Shown: positions 34,141 to 48,854, counted from the first letter of the stretch. The stretch: 64,000 bases of DNA from an uncultured Prochlorococcus sp. (GCF_902622435.1 NZ_CACNQB010000003.1); one strand, 5' to 3'. Made by a program: numbers and translations. Notes: generated by a model not told the origin, from the letters alone.

Positions 34141-34689
34141 CTATTCAAGAAAAACTCCTTCTTCATTATCAACATTATTTAAACGTAAACTAATACTTTC
34201 AATTTTACTAGTTGGCACTTTTTTACCACAAAAATCTGGTTGAATAGGTAATTCTCTATGACCTCTATCTACCATTACTAATAACATTACTCTTTGAGGT
34301 CTGCCCCATGAATATAAAGCATCCATTGCAGCTCTAATTGTTCTGCCTGTGTAAATTACATCATCTATTAAAAGAATTTCTTGTTTCTCAATAGGAGTTG
34401 GAATATCTGCAGCTTGTATTAGGCGAGTTCCAACTCTATTTTGGTCATCTCTATAAAAAGTTGGATCAATTGTTCCTTTTCTAACTCTTAAACCTGTTCT
34501 AGAGAATAATTCCTTTTCTAGTACTTCGGTCAGCTCAATTCCTCTAGTAGGGATGCCAACCAATAGAAGGTTATCAAGTTTTTTTACTTTTTCGATTATT
34601 TCGCAAGTTAAACGCGAAATAGTTTTTCTAAGCTCAACTTCAGTAAGTATTACGATCTTTTTTGTCTTCTTGGACATGTGATTTATCAA
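34141..34689 (-). CDS. pyrR: PyrR / uracil phosphoribosyltransferase
   Basis: GIPTRG, TFYRDD, LIDDVIYTGRTIRAA and DRGHRELPIQPDF. Confidence 0.96.
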   Translation of the reverse strand: MINHMSKKTKKIVILTEVELRKTISRLTCEIIEKVKKLDNLLLVGIPTRGIELTEVLEKELFSRTGLRVRKGTIDPTFYRDDQNRVGTRLIQAADIPTPIEKQEILLIDDVIYTGRTIRAAMDALYSWGRPQRVMLLVMVDRGHRELPIQPDFCGKKVPTSKIESISLRLNNVDNEEGVFLE

Positions 34690-34759
34690 GAAATAAAATT
34701 AATCTAATATTTTCATAAATTAGCAAAAGCTAACTATGTTAAATATAAATTGTTAAAGA

Positions 34760-36439
34760 GTGACGTTTGAAGCTAAATTTAAGGTTGGATCAGTTAACAA
34801 TGAATTTGATCTAAATATGTCAAAGATTAGCAGCAAAAATATAAAAAGATTAAGTGTTCCTCAGAGCCCTGTAGTTCTTGCAATATTAGATGGATGGGGA
34901 TATCGAAAAGAAAAATCACATAATGCTATAAAAAGTGCCAGTACACCAATCATGGACTCATTGTGGCATGCTTACCCCCACACCCTCATAAGTGCTAGTG
35001 GATCTGATGTAGGCCTCCCAGATGGTCAAATGGGCAATTCAGAGGTAGGACATCTTACCATTGGTTCGGGAAGAATAATACAACAAGAACTTGTAAGGAT
35101 CTCAAATGTTGTAAAAAATAATCAATTAGGCTTGGTTAATGAGTTAAAAGAGATGGCTGATTCATTAAAGAAAAATAATTCTACTTTGCATATCACGGGA
35201 TTATGTTCCGATGGAGGAGTTCATAGTCATATAGATCATTTATTAGGTTTAATAAAATGGGCGTCTGATAATAAAATTAAAAAAGTTGCAATCCATATTA
35301 TTACTGATGGAAGAGACACGCCTGCAAAAAGTGCCTTGAAATATCTAAATCAAATAGAAGCATGTATAAAACAATTTAACGTCGGCGAAATATCTTCCAT
35401 ATGCGGAAGATACTGGATAATGGATAGAAATCTTTTATGGGATAGAACAGAAAAAGCATACTCTAATTTGACTGATCCAGATATTCAAATAACAAATATT
35501 TCTCCCAAGGATTACATAGAAAAAAGTTATTCCAAAAACATAACCGATGAATTTATAGAGCCCATACGAATGTCTGAAAACTATCTTAAAGATGGGGATA
35601 GTTTGATTTGCTTTAACTTTCGTCCAGACAGAGCAAGACAAATAGTCAAATCCCTTTCAGTCAGTGAATTCTCAGACTTTGAAAGAAAAAATTATCCAAC
35701 TCTAAATTTCCTTACTTTTACTCAATATGATCCAAACTTTCCCGTAAAAGTTGCATTTCCTCCTGAATCACTAAATAATTTTATAGGTCAGGTAGTATCA
35801 GAAAACGGACTTAAACAATACAGAACCGCGGAAACTGAAAAATATCCTCACGTAACATACTTTTTCAATGGAGGAGTTGAAATTCCTTTACCTGGAGAGG
35901 AGAGACATTTGATTCCATCTCCTAGAGTCGCAACTTATGATATGGAACCCGAAATGTCTGCGGAGGAATTAACTATTAGTTGCTCTAAAGCAATTAAAAG
36001 CGGAAATTATGCTTTTGTTGTAATCAATTTTGCCAATCCTGATATGGTTGGTCATACAGGCAACATGGATGCAACAATTAAAGCAATAGAAAAAGTAGAT
36101 AAATGTGTAGGTCAAATAGTTAATGCTACTGGAGAAATGGGCGGAAGCATTGTTATTACAGCCGATCATGGCAACGCAGAATTAATGAAAGGATCTGAAG
36201 GAGAGCCATGGACAGCACACACAATAAATAAAGTTCCATTAATATTGATTGAAGGTGAAAAAAGAAAAATACCAAATATGGGAAATGAAATAAATTTGAG
36301 AGAAAACGCAGGATTAGCAGATATTGCTCCTACTTTATTGCAATTGTTGAAATTACCTATACCAAGAGAAATGACCGGCAAATCGCTTATTCAAGAAATT
36401 GAATTAAAGGGTTATAATAAAGTAGTTCAACACGTTTAA
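34760..36439 (+). CDS. gpmI: 2,3-bisphosphoglycerate-independent phosphoglycerate mutase
   Basis: [18 protein letters not shown] and [16 protein letters not shown]; the true start may be the internal ATG near 34817. Confidence 0.97.
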   Translation: MTFEAKFKVGSVNNEFDLNMSKISSKNIKRLSVPQSPVVLAILDGWGYRKEKSHNAIKSASTPIMDSLWHAYPHTLISASGSDVGLPDGQMGNSEVGHLTIGSGRIIQQELVRISNVVKNNQLGLVNELKEMADSLKKNNSTLHITGLCSDGGVHSHIDHLLGLIKWASDNKIKKVAIHIITDGRDTPAKSALKYLNQIEACIKQFNVGEISSICGRYWIMDRNLLWDRTEKAYSNLTDPDIQITNISPKDYIEKSYSKNITDEFIEPIRMSENYLKDGDSLICFNFRPDRARQIVKSLSVSEFSDFERKNYPTLNFLTFTQYDPNFPVKVAFPPESLNNFIGQVVSENGLKQYRTAETEKYPHVTYFFNGGVEIPLPGEERHLIPSPRVATYDMEPEMSAEELTISCSKAIKSGNYAFVVINFANPDMVGHTGNMDATIKAIEKVDKCVGQIVNATGEMGGSIVITADHGNAELMKGSEGEPWTAHTINKVPLILIEGEKRKIPNMGNEINLRENAGLADIAPTLLQLLKLPIPREMTGKSLIQEIELKGYNKVVQHV

Positions 36440-36460
36440 AGTCAATAAAAATTTTTAGCA

Positions 36461-36688
36461 ATGATTCAAATTATTAGTTGGGTTTGGGTATTTTCTGGAA
36501 TTCTTCTAATTCTCTTAGTTTTACTTCATAGTCCCAAAGGTGATGGAATGGGAGGAATAGCCGCTAGTGGAAGCTCTATGTTCAACAGCGCAAGTAGTGC
36601 AGAAGCATCTCTAAACAAAATAACTTGGACTTTTTTAGTGATATTTTTGTCTCTCGCAATAATTCTTAGCGCTGGTTGGATTTCATAA
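36461..36688 (+). CDS. secG: Preprotein translocase subunit SecG
   Basis: LVLLHSPKGDGMGG..SAEASLNKITW. Confidence 0.95.
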   Translation: MIQIISWVWVFSGILLILLVLLHSPKGDGMGGIAASGSSMFNSASSAEASLNKITWTFLVIFLSLAIILSAGWIS

Positions 36689-36696
36689 AGTTCGAA

Positions 36697-36735
36697 TAAA
36701 AAAGAGGGACCATTTTGAACGATCCCTTTTAAAAA
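36697..36735. terminator. Probable bidirectional terminator between secG and groEL
   Basis: A-run, GAGGGA..TCCCTTTT hairpin between convergent genes. Confidence 0.6.
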
Positions 36736-36759
36736 ATTTATTGAAAAACTATTTTTTAG

Positions 36760-38424
<1,665 letters not shown>

Positions 38425-38448
38425 TTAATAATTTTTGAAACAAATAAT

Positions 38449-38760
38449 TTAGCTTACTACAGCTAAAATATCCTTTTCTGAGAGCAAGACATATTCATCT
38501 CCTCCCAATTTAATGTCTGTACCAGCATATTTGCTGTACAAAACTTTATCGCCAATACTCACTTCTGGAGTTTGTCGAGAACCATCGTCATTAAGTTTGC
38601 CAGGGCCTACCTGAGCAACTTCTCCAACCTGGGGTTTTTCTTTAGCTGAATCAGGCAAAAGAATGCCTCCAGCAGTTTTTTCCTCAGATGCGGAAACTTT
38701 AATAAATATTCTATCTCCCAGTGGTTTTACTGTAGAGACTGTAAGTGAAACAGCTGCCAT
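38449..38760 (-). CDS. groES: Co-chaperonin GroES
   Basis: [25 protein letters not shown] and YSKYAGT. Confidence 0.99.
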
Positions 38761-38877
38761 AGATTAATGGAGGATCATGATTGAGACGCTTTGCGTCATA
38801 AAAGTGGAAAGAGAAATTCTCCATCCGTATCATCAACAACATAATCTGCAAAGCGGCAATTAAACCATACTTAAACT

Positions 38878-38893
38878 GTGCGGGTGGCCGAAC
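38878..38893 (-). promoter_or_regulatory. K-box upstream of groESL
   Basis: GTTCGG-CCAC-CCGCAC matches the cyanobacterial K-box GTTCGG-NNAN-CCNNAC exactly. Confidence 0.8.
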
Positions 38894-38970
38894 CCATTTA
38901 ACGAATCTACCCATAAGATGGTAGTATTTTCGGATTATGAGCTGTTCAATCAGCTAATTTTCACCAATAA

Positions 38971-40437
<1,467 letters not shown>

Positions 40438-40477
40438 ATACTCAAATATATATATAACCTTCAATAATTTTAAATTA

Positions 40478-40882
40478 ATGGCAATTTCTCTAAAAGTTTT
40501 AGCTCCAAATAAAAATGTTTATCAAGGTGAAGCTGAAGAAGTAATCCTTCCTAGTACAACCGGTCAACTTGGGATACTACCAGGACACATTTCTTTAGTT
40601 ACTGCTATAGATATTGGCGTTTTAAGGCTAAGAATGAATTCCCAGTGGAAATCAATAGCACTTATGGGAGGCTTCGCTGAAATTGAATCAGATGAAGTTA
40701 TAGTTTTAGTAAATAATGCTGAAATAGGTTCTGAAATTAATGTTCAAAATGCTGAACAAGATCTCAAAGAAGCAAAATTAAAAATAAGTAAATTTTCTGA
40801 AAATGAAAAAAATCCAGAAAAAATTAAAGCCTTGAAAGAGGTTTCAAAGGCTGAGGCTTGGATTCAAGCTGCAAAGAACTAA
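40478..40882 (+). CDS. atpC: ATP synthase F1 epsilon subunit
   Basis: [14 protein letters not shown] and ALMGGFAE; follows beta. Confidence 0.97.
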   Translation: MAISLKVLAPNKNVYQGEAEEVILPSTTGQLGILPGHISLVTAIDIGVLRLRMNSQWKSIALMGGFAEIESDEVIVLVNNAEIGSEINVQNAEQDLKEAKLKISKFSENEKNPEKIKALKEVSKAEAWIQAAKN

Positions 40883-40885
40883 TAT

Positions 40886-41362
40886 TTAAGCGGTTCCACA
40901 AAAAGTTACTTCAGGAAACTTTAATTTGGCTTCTTCTAATTTTTTTGTTTTACCCTCTTCTTGCCAATAATTTATCACTTCAGTAGCTTTATTCAATATC
41001 TCTACTCTCTCGTTATCTGTAATCCAACCTTTATTCTCAAGTTCACTTTTTAATTTTTCCCAAGCATCATCTCTTGGCCAAAAATAATAGGCAGTTAAAG
41101 GGCTTGGGCCTCCACCTACTATTTGATCCACTGCTAAAGCAACATTATCAGGTAACCACAATACTTTTATTATGAATCTTCCTTCATCGGGTTTGGGAGT
41201 ATAACCAGTAGGTACCCCATCTTCATCAATTGTGGCAGCTGCCAATACAGCTGTGGCACCCATCATTCCTGAATTAGGAGAAGAATTTATAGAGTTTGGT
41301 GCATCACTGTTTTTTCCCTTTTTTTCTGTTGAATTTTGATTTAACTTATCTGATGAGGTCAT
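40886..41362 (-). CDS. ycf65: 30S ribosomal protein PSRP-3 / Ycf65
   Basis: [32 protein letters not shown]; start may be at the internal MMGAT. Confidence 0.88.
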   Translation of the reverse strand: MTSSDKLNQNSTEKKGKNSDAPNSINSSPNSGMMGATAVLAAATIDEDGVPTGYTPKPDEGRFIIKVLWLPDNVALAVDQIVGGGPSPLTAYYFWPRDDAWEKLKSELENKGWITDNERVEILNKATEVINYWQEEGKTKKLEEAKLKFPEVTFCGTA

Positions 41363-41467
41363 TCACTTATTTGTATTTAATAAATAATTTATCAGTTTAT
41401 GGTCACATTTTGATTGATTTATTCAAAATTTCTTGATTTTAGTAATTGATAACTTCTAAACAGGATT

Positions 41468-41626
41468 TTATCTATCATTAGTTACTTCATAAAAATCATA
41501 AATAGTGGCTTCCAATGAATCCCAAAGATCTTTGGGGATATCGTTTTCTTCTGCGAACATGCCAAGCTGACTAGCTAAGCCTCTTGCTTGAGAAAGTTTC
41601 GAATCATATGAATCAGACTTATTCAT
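41468..41626 (-). CDS. 52-aa hypothetical protein
   Basis: MNKSDSYDSKLSQARGLASQLGMFAEENDIPKDLWDSLEATIYDFYEVTNDR. Confidence 0.8.
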   Translation of the reverse strand: MNKSDSYDSKLSQARGLASQLGMFAEENDIPKDLWDSLEATIYDFYEVTNDR

Positions 41627-41680
41627 TTTTAAGTTTTAAACTTAATAAAAAATAAATCTATTAACTAGATAAGTCAAATT

Positions 41681-43006
41681 TCAAAACTCTAAATCAGAAA
41701 TTTCTTTAAGTGCAGCAATACTTAAAACATCTGGGTTTGTATCTTTGACCAGGACATCATCTTCAATTCTTATCCCTATTCCTTTCCATCTCTCATCTAT
41801 AGGGGGTTGTCCCTCAGGGACTGGGATCCTATCACTTATATAGATCCCAGGTTCTACCGTAAGAATCATTCCATTCTGTAATGGCACTTCATAGTCACCC
41901 ATTCTGTATGCTCCAACATCATGAACATCTAAGCCGAGCCAATGTCCAGTTCTATGCATGTAAAGATGTTTATAAGATTGATTTTCAATTATCTCCTCAG
42001 TACTGCCCGACAATAATCCAATTTCCTTTAAACCTTCTATAAGAATTGTTAACGCAACATTATGAACAGCATTAGAATTCGACCCTTTTACAGCACTTTT
42101 AATTGCATTTTTCTGCGCACTCAATACAATTTCATAGATAACTTTTTGCTCATTAGAAAATTTACCACCTATTGGAATAGTTCTTGTTATATCTCCATTG
42201 TAATAATCAATTAGTGAGCAACCAGCATCCACCAACAATAAATCTTCCTTCTTTAAGGGTGAGTTATTTGAGGTGTAATGCAAAATACAAGCATTGTCTC
42301 CTGATGCAACAATTGAGTTATAAGCTGGTCCTCTAGCCCCTTTTTCCAAAAAGAATCCCTCAAGAAGACCCTGAATTTGTCTTTCATTTTTCTTTGATGC
42401 GATAGATTCTCTAACTAGTTCATGAGCTTCGGCTGAAATTTGTATTGCCTCTCTCATTCTCTTAATCTCAAATTCACTTTTAATTAATCTCATCTCATTT
42501 AAATAAATTTCTGGAGATTTTATAGAATTTGCACCAATCCCTGATCTTGAGCGATTTTCAAGTTGTTGTGAAAATATCTCTAGTACTATTTTCTCTATTT
42601 TTGGATGCTTTCCAATTGAAAAAACAAGTTCATCAGAACCATTTATGTAATTTGGGAGTAAATCTCTTAATTCATTTATTGAGTGAGCCTTATCAGCCTT
42701 AAACTCTTTTTCAGCGCCTTCTAAACCCCATCTAAAGCCATGCCAGACTTCGCTTATAACATCTTTAGGAGCGACAAACATAATAAATCTCTCTCCCTTT
42801 GGCTTATGCGGTAAGAAAAGAGCGATTGCATCTGGCTCATCGAAACCTGTTAAATACCAAAAATTACTATCTTGCCTAAAAGGATATTCACAATCAGCAT
42901 GATGCTTTACAAGATTAGCCCCTGGGATAATAGCAGTTTTCCCTCCTAATTTATTTAGGAATATTTCTCTTCTTTCTTCAAAAACTTTATGATCAGTTTC
43001 AAACAT
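41681..43006 (-). CDS. pepP: Xaa-Pro aminopeptidase
   Basis: LLVDAGC, YNGDITRT, HRTGHWLGLDVHD, TVEPGIY and GIRIEDD. Confidence 0.96.
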   Translation of the reverse strand: MFETDHKVFEERREIFLNKLGGKTAIIPGANLVKHHADCEYPFRQDSNFWYLTGFDEPDAIALFLPHKPKGERFIMFVAPKDVISEVWHGFRWGLEGAEKEFKADKAHSINELRDLLPNYINGSDELVFSIGKHPKIEKIVLEIFSQQLENRSRSGIGANSIKSPEIYLNEMRLIKSEFEIKRMREAIQISAEAHELVRESIASKKNERQIQGLLEGFFLEKGARGPAYNSIVASGDNACILHYTSNNSPLKKEDLLLVDAGCSLIDYYNGDITRTIPIGGKFSNEQKVIYEIVLSAQKNAIKSAVKGSNSNAVHNVALTILIEGLKEIGLLSGSTEEIIENQSYKHLYMHRTGHWLGLDVHDVGAYRMGDYEVPLQNGMILTVEPGIYISDRIPVPEGQPPIDERWKGIGIRIEDDVLVKDTNPDVLSIAALKEISDLEF

Positions 43007-43080
43007 AAATTGTGTATTGGCGTGTTTAAAAAAAAAATGGAAGAATGAATTAAAACAGATTTAGTACCTAATCTACTTTA

Positions 43081-44064
43081 ATGGAACCAAGTGTTTACGG
43101 TTTATTTTTACTAATAATAATTATTTTAATTGGATCAGCATGTTGTTCGGGAGTAGAAGCAGCTTTTTTAGCCGTAAATTCAATAAGAATTTTAGAAATT
43201 GCCTCTAGACAAAAGCCAAAAAATTCTGCAAATCAACTTCTAAAACTCAGGAAACATCTTGGGAGAACGCTAACTGTAATTACTATTACAAATAATGGAT
43301 TTAATATAATTGGCAGTCTTATTTTAGGAGTATACGGTGCATTGGTAATTAATAGCAGTTTTGGTTTAACCCTTTTTTCAATAGCTTTTTACATACTAGT
43401 TGTTTTAGTAGGAGAAGTACTACCAAAAGCTCTTGGCACAAGATTTTCAATTCAAATAGCACTATTATCTGTTCCTATCTTGCGAATATTAAATACTTTA
43501 ATGAGGCCATTCTTAATATTAATAGAACAGATATTTCCGGTTATTACAGCAGAAAACGAAATTGCAACTGATGAAGAAGAAATTAGACAAATGGCAAAAA
43601 TTGGAAGTCAAAAAGGTTTTATAGAGGCTGATGAGGCAGCAATGATATTTAAGGTTTTTCAATTAAATGACTTAAAAGCAAAAGACTTAATGACCCCTAG
43701 GGTATCGGCACCTTGTCTTGATGGGTCTTCAAATATTGATGAAATTTCAAAACTTATAATGTCTGACAGCTCTCCATGGTGGGTTATTTTGGGAGATAAA
43801 GTTGACAAAATACAAGGGGTAGTTAAGCGTGAAAAAATGTTGGAAAAGTTAATAAATGGGCAAAATAAAAAATTATTATCAGAAATTTGCGAACCTGTGG
43901 ACTACATTCCCGAAATGATTAAAGCAGATCAATTATTAACTAAATTTGACAAGGATCATAAAGGAGTGAAAGTAGTAGTAGATGAATTCGGGGGATTCGT
44001 GGGAATTATTGGTGCAGAAGCTGTGTTATCAGTGTTAGCTGGTTGGTGGAAGAATAAATTATGA
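43081..44064 (+). CDS. CNNM (DUF21) plus CBS domain protein
   Basis: CSGVEAAFLAV, GEVLPK, DLMTPR and VVVDEFGG. Confidence 0.92.
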   Translation: MEPSVYGLFLLIIIILIGSACCSGVEAAFLAVNSIRILEIASRQKPKNSANQLLKLRKHLGRTLTVITITNNGFNIIGSLILGVYGALVINSSFGLTLFSIAFYILVVLVGEVLPKALGTRFSIQIALLSVPILRILNTLMRPFLILIEQIFPVITAENEIATDEEEIRQMAKIGSQKGFIEADEAAMIFKVFQLNDLKAKDLMTPRVSAPCLDGSSNIDEISKLIMSDSSPWWVILGDKVDKIQGVVKREKMLEKLINGQNKKLLSEICEPVDYIPEMIKADQLLTKFDKDHKGVKVVVDEFGGFVGIIGAEAVLSVLAGWWKNKL

Positions 44065-45302
44065 AACAATTTAAAATTAAAGAAAATTATTTACTTTTAA
44101 AAAAATGGTGGGAGACTATTGATCTTACCAATTATGAAAAAAGTTTTTTTAATAGAGAAATAATTTCTTTTAATCAACAACTTTTAAGGCTCAAAGAAAA
44201 AAAAATAAGAATTGGCGCATATGGTAAATCAGGTGTAGGAAAATCCTCTGTTTTGAATTCTTTATTAAAAAAAGACATATTCAAAACAGATATTATTAAT
44301 GGGACCACAAAAGAAATAGAATCGGAAATTTGTAATCTTAAAGATCAAACACTCAATAGTTTAGAGTTGCTAGATTCTCCAGGATTTGATTTCTGCAATA
44401 TTAAATCTCCAGATAAAGTTTACTCTTACATAAATCATTCAGATCTTATTCTTTTTATAGTTTCGGGAGATTTAAATAGAAATGAGTTAAACGAAATCAA
44501 CTCTTTTATAAAAGATGGGAAAAAAATTATTTTAATTTTAAACAAAATCGATCTATTTAATAAAAATGAATTAAAAGAAATAATTGAAAATATAAAGTTT
44601 AAGCTTCCAAAAGATTTAAATATTCCAATAATTATTAATAATGGAAACAATCTTAAAAATTACATAGCAAAATTAATCAATCAATATGGTGAGATACTAT
44701 TAACACTAAATTCTATTCAATTAGCTGACAAATTTTTTCTGCGATTAAAAGAACAAAGATTGAAAAGAAGGCAGAAATTAGCTCAATCAACTATCGGTAA
44801 ATTTTCTACTATAAAGGCATCCGCAGTAGCTCTTAATCCTTTTATTTTTTTTGATGTTGCTGGTAGTTTTGCACTAGATACTGCATTGATTAACGAATTA
44901 AGTAAGATTTATGGCTTAAAGTTGAAAGGTGAATCTACAAGAAAAATATTTAAAAATATATCCATTAATAATTTATATTTGGGAGTCACTCAAGTCGGCG
45001 TCAATACCTCTTTCAACCTAATTAAGAAAGTAATTCTATTAACAGCACCTTTTACTAACGGGCTTTCATTATTACCCTATGGACCCATAGCAATTACTCA
45101 AGCAGCAATCGCGGTGTATTCAACAAAAATACTTGGGAAATTAGCAGCAAAAGAGATATTTATAAGAAGCAAAGCTTCTTTTATAGAGCCTGCTGTTATG
45201 ATCCAGAATATGAATTTTAATGACTCAGAAATTTTTAACCATATAAATATTTATTTTTCAAATAGAAATTTTAATAATAATTTTGTTAGCATTCTGCCTT
45301 GA
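44061..45302 (+). CDS. Era-like GTPase with DUF697-type C-terminus
   Basis: GKSGVGKSS, DSPG and NKID GTPase motifs. Confidence 0.88.
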   Translation: MKQFKIKENYLLLKKWWETIDLTNYEKSFFNREIISFNQQLLRLKEKKIRIGAYGKSGVGKSSVLNSLLKKDIFKTDIINGTTKEIESEICNLKDQTLNSLELLDSPGFDFCNIKSPDKVYSYINHSDLILFIVSGDLNRNELNEINSFIKDGKKIILILNKIDLFNKNELKEIIENIKFKLPKDLNIPIIINNGNNLKNYIAKLINQYGEILLTLNSIQLADKFFLRLKEQRLKRRQKLAQSTIGKFSTIKASAVALNPFIFFDVAGSFALDTALINELSKIYGLKLKGESTRKIFKNISINNLYLGVTQVGVNTSFNLIKKVILLTAPFTNGLSLLPYGPIAITQAAIAVYSTKILGKLAAKEIFIRSKASFIEPAVMIQNMNFNDSEIFNHINIYFSNRNFNNNFVSILP

Positions 45303-45309
45303 AACTTAA

Positions 45310-45879
45310 ATGGAAAAAAGCATTGCATTATTTGGTACCAGTGCAGATCCACCTACCATTGGACATGAGAAAATATTAGAAGAATTATCCAAAATATATG
45401 CTCATACCATTTGTTATGTAAGTAACAATCCGAAAAAAAAGCATAAAGAGGATATCGCAATCCGTAGCCAATTATTAAAAACTCTTATTGAAGATTTAGA
45501 TGATTATAAAATATTATTTAATCAAAGTATCACTAGCAAATGGGCAGTAGAGTCGATTAAAAAATGTAAAAAAATTTACGAAATTGATAATTTAGATTTC
45601 GTTATTGGGAGTGATTTAATTCAAGATATTTTTTGCTGGAAAAATTTTGAAAAAATTATTAAAGAGGTAAGTTTTTTTATAATTTTAAGAGAGGGTTATC
45701 CTGTTGAATCAAATACTCTTAAGATGTTAGAAACTTATAAAGTGAAATTTAAGATTTCATCCATAAAAATCCCAAACATTTCAAGTTCTAAGTTCAGATT
45801 AAACTTTAATTATTCTAATTTACCACCGTCTTTAATAGATTTTGTTAAAAAGAATAATTTATATGAATCCACAAATTAG
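45310..45879 (+). CDS. nadD: Nicotinate-nucleotide adenylyltransferase
   Basis: FGTSADPPTIGH, VIGSDL and ISSS; adjacent to nadE. Confidence 0.93.
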   Translation: MEKSIALFGTSADPPTIGHEKILEELSKIYAHTICYVSNNPKKKHKEDIAIRSQLLKTLIEDLDDYKILFNQSITSKWAVESIKKCKKIYEIDNLDFVIGSDLIQDIFCWKNFEKIIKEVSFFIILREGYPVESNTLKMLETYKVKFKISSIKIPNISSSKFRLNFNYSNLPPSLIDFVKKNNLYESTN

Positions 45880-45883
45880 TTGA

Positions 45884-47581
45884 ATGAAGTTTTTACTTGC
45901 TCAAATTAATCCGATTGTTGGAGATTTAGAGGGTAATGCAAAAAAAATTCTTAATGCTGCTTCGAAAGCTAGCTCAAATTCTACTGATTTAGTTCTTACT
46001 CCAGAATTATCATTATGGGGATATCCAGCAAATGACTTACTTCTAAAAAATAATTTAATCAGAAATCAATATCAAATTCTTGACCAATTAGCTTTAGTTA
46101 TTAATAAAAAATATGGAAACTTGAGTATTACAGTTGGGATAGCTGAGATAATAAATGATTCTTTTTTCCCAAATCTTTATAATTCTATTGCATTGCTTGA
46201 GCGCGGAGAGTGGAAAATAATTGCTCGAAAAATTATTCTTCCCACATATGAAGTATTTGATGAAAAAAGATACTTTAGATCAGAGGAAAAAGTTTCCGTC
46301 TTAACAAAAGAAATACATAATAAAACTTGGCGAATTGGCTTTACTATATGTGAGGATTTATGGGTTAACAAAAATATAGAAGGTAGAGGAATTCATAAAG
46401 AAAATCCTATTTCTGATTTAAAGAAAAAAAAAGTTGATATCTTAGTGAATCTATCAGCCTCCCCATATACCTTCAAAAAGTTAGAGCTAAGATCCAAAGT
46501 TTCCAGTTTTGCTGCTAAATATCTTCAAGTACCGCTTATATATGTAAACCAGATTGGTGCAAATGATAATTTAATTTTTGATGGAAATAGTTTTATTCTT
46601 AATAAATATGGATCTAAAATTAAGCAATTGAAATCTTTTTCAGAAGATCTCTCAAGTTGGCATATTAAGCAAACAATACCCGAGAAAAAAGAATTTGAAC
46701 AATCTGAAATATCATCAATTTTTGATGCATTAGTCCTTGGGGTTAGGGATTATGCTCAAAAATGCGGTTTTAAAACAGCTTTAATCGGACTAAGTGGTGG
46801 CATTGATTCAGCACTAGTTTCAGCAATTGCGACAGCTGCTCTTGGCAGCAATAATATTTATTGCGTCTCAATGCCCTCCAAATGGAGTTCATCCCATTCA
46901 AAAAGTGATGCAAAAGATTTAGCAAGGAGATTAAAAATAAATTTCAATAGTATACCAATTGAAAACCTAATGAATTCTTTTGAAGAATCTTTTATAAAAA
47001 CCATATCTTTCGAGATGGCCGAAATAACAAATCAAAATATTCAATCAAGGATCAGAGGAACTCTTCTGATGGCTTTAGCAAATCAAGAGAAGCATTTATT
47101 ACTTTCAACAGGAAATAAATCAGAGCTAGCTGTAGGATATTGCACACTTTATGGTGATATGAATGGGGGATTATCGGTAATTGGGGATTTATATAAAACT
47201 AATGTTTTTAAATTATGCAATTGGCTTGATAGTGAAGAATCAATAAATCATAGAAAGTCATATATGTTAGATACTAATGAAAATATAATTGGAGAAAAGA
47301 TCCGCACGAAAGCTCCAAGTGCCGAATTAGGTCCTGATCAATTAGATACTGATTCTCTCCCGCCTTATTCTATTTTAGATAATATTCTTAAAGGAATTAT
47401 TGAAGAGAAAAAAGATTTACTACAGCTAGAAGAAGATGGTTATAAAAAAGATTTAATTTTAAAAATTATCACACTCATAAAAAAAGCGGAATTCAAAAGA
47501 AAGCAGGCTCCTCCAATCCTAAAACTGAGTAGCCAATCATTAGGAAGTGACTGGAGAATTCCCATAGCAATATCTTATTAA
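45884..47581 (+). CDS. nadE: Glutamine-dependent NAD+ synthetase
   Basis: N-terminal nitrilase domain (PEL, FDEKRYF, ICED); SGGIDS and TGNKSE. Confidence 0.97.
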   Translation: MKFLLAQINPIVGDLEGNAKKILNAASKASSNSTDLVLTPELSLWGYPANDLLLKNNLIRNQYQILDQLALVINKKYGNLSITVGIAEIINDSFFPNLYNSIALLERGEWKIIARKIILPTYEVFDEKRYFRSEEKVSVLTKEIHNKTWRIGFTICEDLWVNKNIEGRGIHKENPISDLKKKKVDILVNLSASPYTFKKLELRSKVSSFAAKYLQVPLIYVNQIGANDNLIFDGNSFILNKYGSKIKQLKSFSEDLSSWHIKQTIPEKKEFEQSEISSIFDALVLGVRDYAQKCGFKTALIGLSGGIDSALVSAIATAALGSNNIYCVSMPSKWSSSHSKSDAKDLARRLKINFNSIPIENLMNSFEESFIKTISFEMAEITNQNIQSRIRGTLLMALANQEKHLLLSTGNKSELAVGYCTLYGDMNGGLSVIGDLYKTNVFKLCNWLDSEESINHRKSYMLDTNENIIGEKIRTKAPSAELGPDQLDTDSLPPYSILDNILKGIIEEKKDLLQLEEDGYKKDLILKIITLIKKAEFKRKQAPPILKLSSQSLGSDWRIPIAISY

Positions 47582-48639
47582 TCACCATAAAAACACTGTT
47601 GGATTTTTTTTAAAGGCCGTTTAACTGAATCAAGATTGATACCTTTTTTGATAGCAAGAATTATGCCTGCAGCTTCTAAATAATTATCCACTTCAAAAAG
47701 ATTGGGATATTCATAAAACTCATTTGTTATTTTTAATGAATTTTGATTTTTTACAGAGATAATATTTAAACCTTTCTCAATCCCTGCTAGTACTGCTTCT
47801 CCACCTAGTGCTCCATTAGGAACAACAATAGATTCAATCTGATCAGGGTGTAGTGAGATTGATTCATTTTTAGCGGGCAATTCAACAATGTCAGGTGCAT
47901 TGCTTAAACCAATCAGTACAGATGGTAAAAAAGTGTATCCTATTTCTTCTGCAGCTGCACGAGGATCTAAATTTTCATTCAATTCAATTGGATTTAAAGC
48001 AGGTGCGTGAGCACAGGGAACTTTAAAAAATTTGCTTATTAAATGACTTATAACTGCTTCGACTCCAGCAATAGGATCAACCCCTTTTCCCTCTCGATAG
48101 ATATTTGTTTCTAAAGAATCTGGATTATCTGGAAATTTTGCCACAATTGCTATTGCTGTAACTCCTTTTTCTATTAAACATTTTCCAGCATCAATTAGAG
48201 TATCAGGATTTTCAATTGTGCCACCACTGATTTTTGAAGAATCAGAATCGATAACTATGTTTAATGGCTTTTTTGTAATCACATAAGAATGAACATTAAT
48301 CCCTAAAGTAGAAACACATGCATCAGCAACTTGTAAATGTCTTACTAATATTTCTTTTTCAATGGCTAAATCAAAAATTATCCCAATTTTCTGTTGCTTT
48401 ACTCTCTTTAAAGCGATTTCTCCTTTAGCAAGTCGGTCTAAACTATAACCCTCAACATAAAAAATATTTTTATCTTTTTCAGAAAGAGTACCGCCATTCA
48501 TAACATTTGGATGAGTAATTAAACATCCACTTGCGGATGCTAATAATTTAGCGGTAGGAAGTGCATCTCCAGCAAAACCTCCTACTTCACAACCAATACC
48601 AGTTGGAACAATGAATATTGTTGGTGAATTTTCCATCAT
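47578..48639 (-). CDS. DUF3326 family protein
   Basis: IVPTGIGCEVGGFAGDA, HPNVMNG and GVDPIAGVEAVISH. Confidence 0.9.
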   Translation of the reverse strand: MMENSPTIFIVPTGIGCEVGGFAGDALPTAKLLASASGCLITHPNVMNGGTLSEKDKNIFYVEGYSLDRLAKGEIALKRVKQQKIGIIFDLAIEKEILVRHLQVADACVSTLGINVHSYVITKKPLNIVIDSDSSKISGGTIENPDTLIDAGKCLIEKGVTAIAIVAKFPDNPDSLETNIYREGKGVDPIAGVEAVISHLISKFFKVPCAHAPALNPIELNENLDPRAAAEEIGYTFLPSVLIGLSNAPDIVELPAKNESISLHPDQIESIVVPNGALGGEAVLAGIEKGLNIISVKNQNSLKITNEFYEYPNLFEVDNYLEAAGIILAIKKGINLDSVKRPLKKIQQCFYGD

Positions 48640-48662
48640 TAAAGATATTTGAATTTATATTT

Positions 48663-48854
48663 TTAATAAGCTATGACAGCTTTAATTTTAAGTTTTTTTG
48701 TTCCAAAAGAGTCAATAGAATTTTGAATATCAACAATTGACCATCGAATTAAATCTCCTTTTTTTTCTAAATTTGTAATGATGAATTCCCTTAAATTTTT
48801 TAATTTTATTGAAACCGGCCAATCTAAATAATAATCAACTGAACTTAATTTCAT
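48663..48854 (-). CDS. 63-aa hypothetical protein
   Basis: Coupled to ferredoxin by overlap; GDLIRWSI motif. Confidence 0.7.
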   Translation of the reverse strand: MKLSSVDYYLDWPVSIKLKNLREFIITNLEKKGDLIRWSIVDIQNSIDSFGTKKLKIKAVIAY

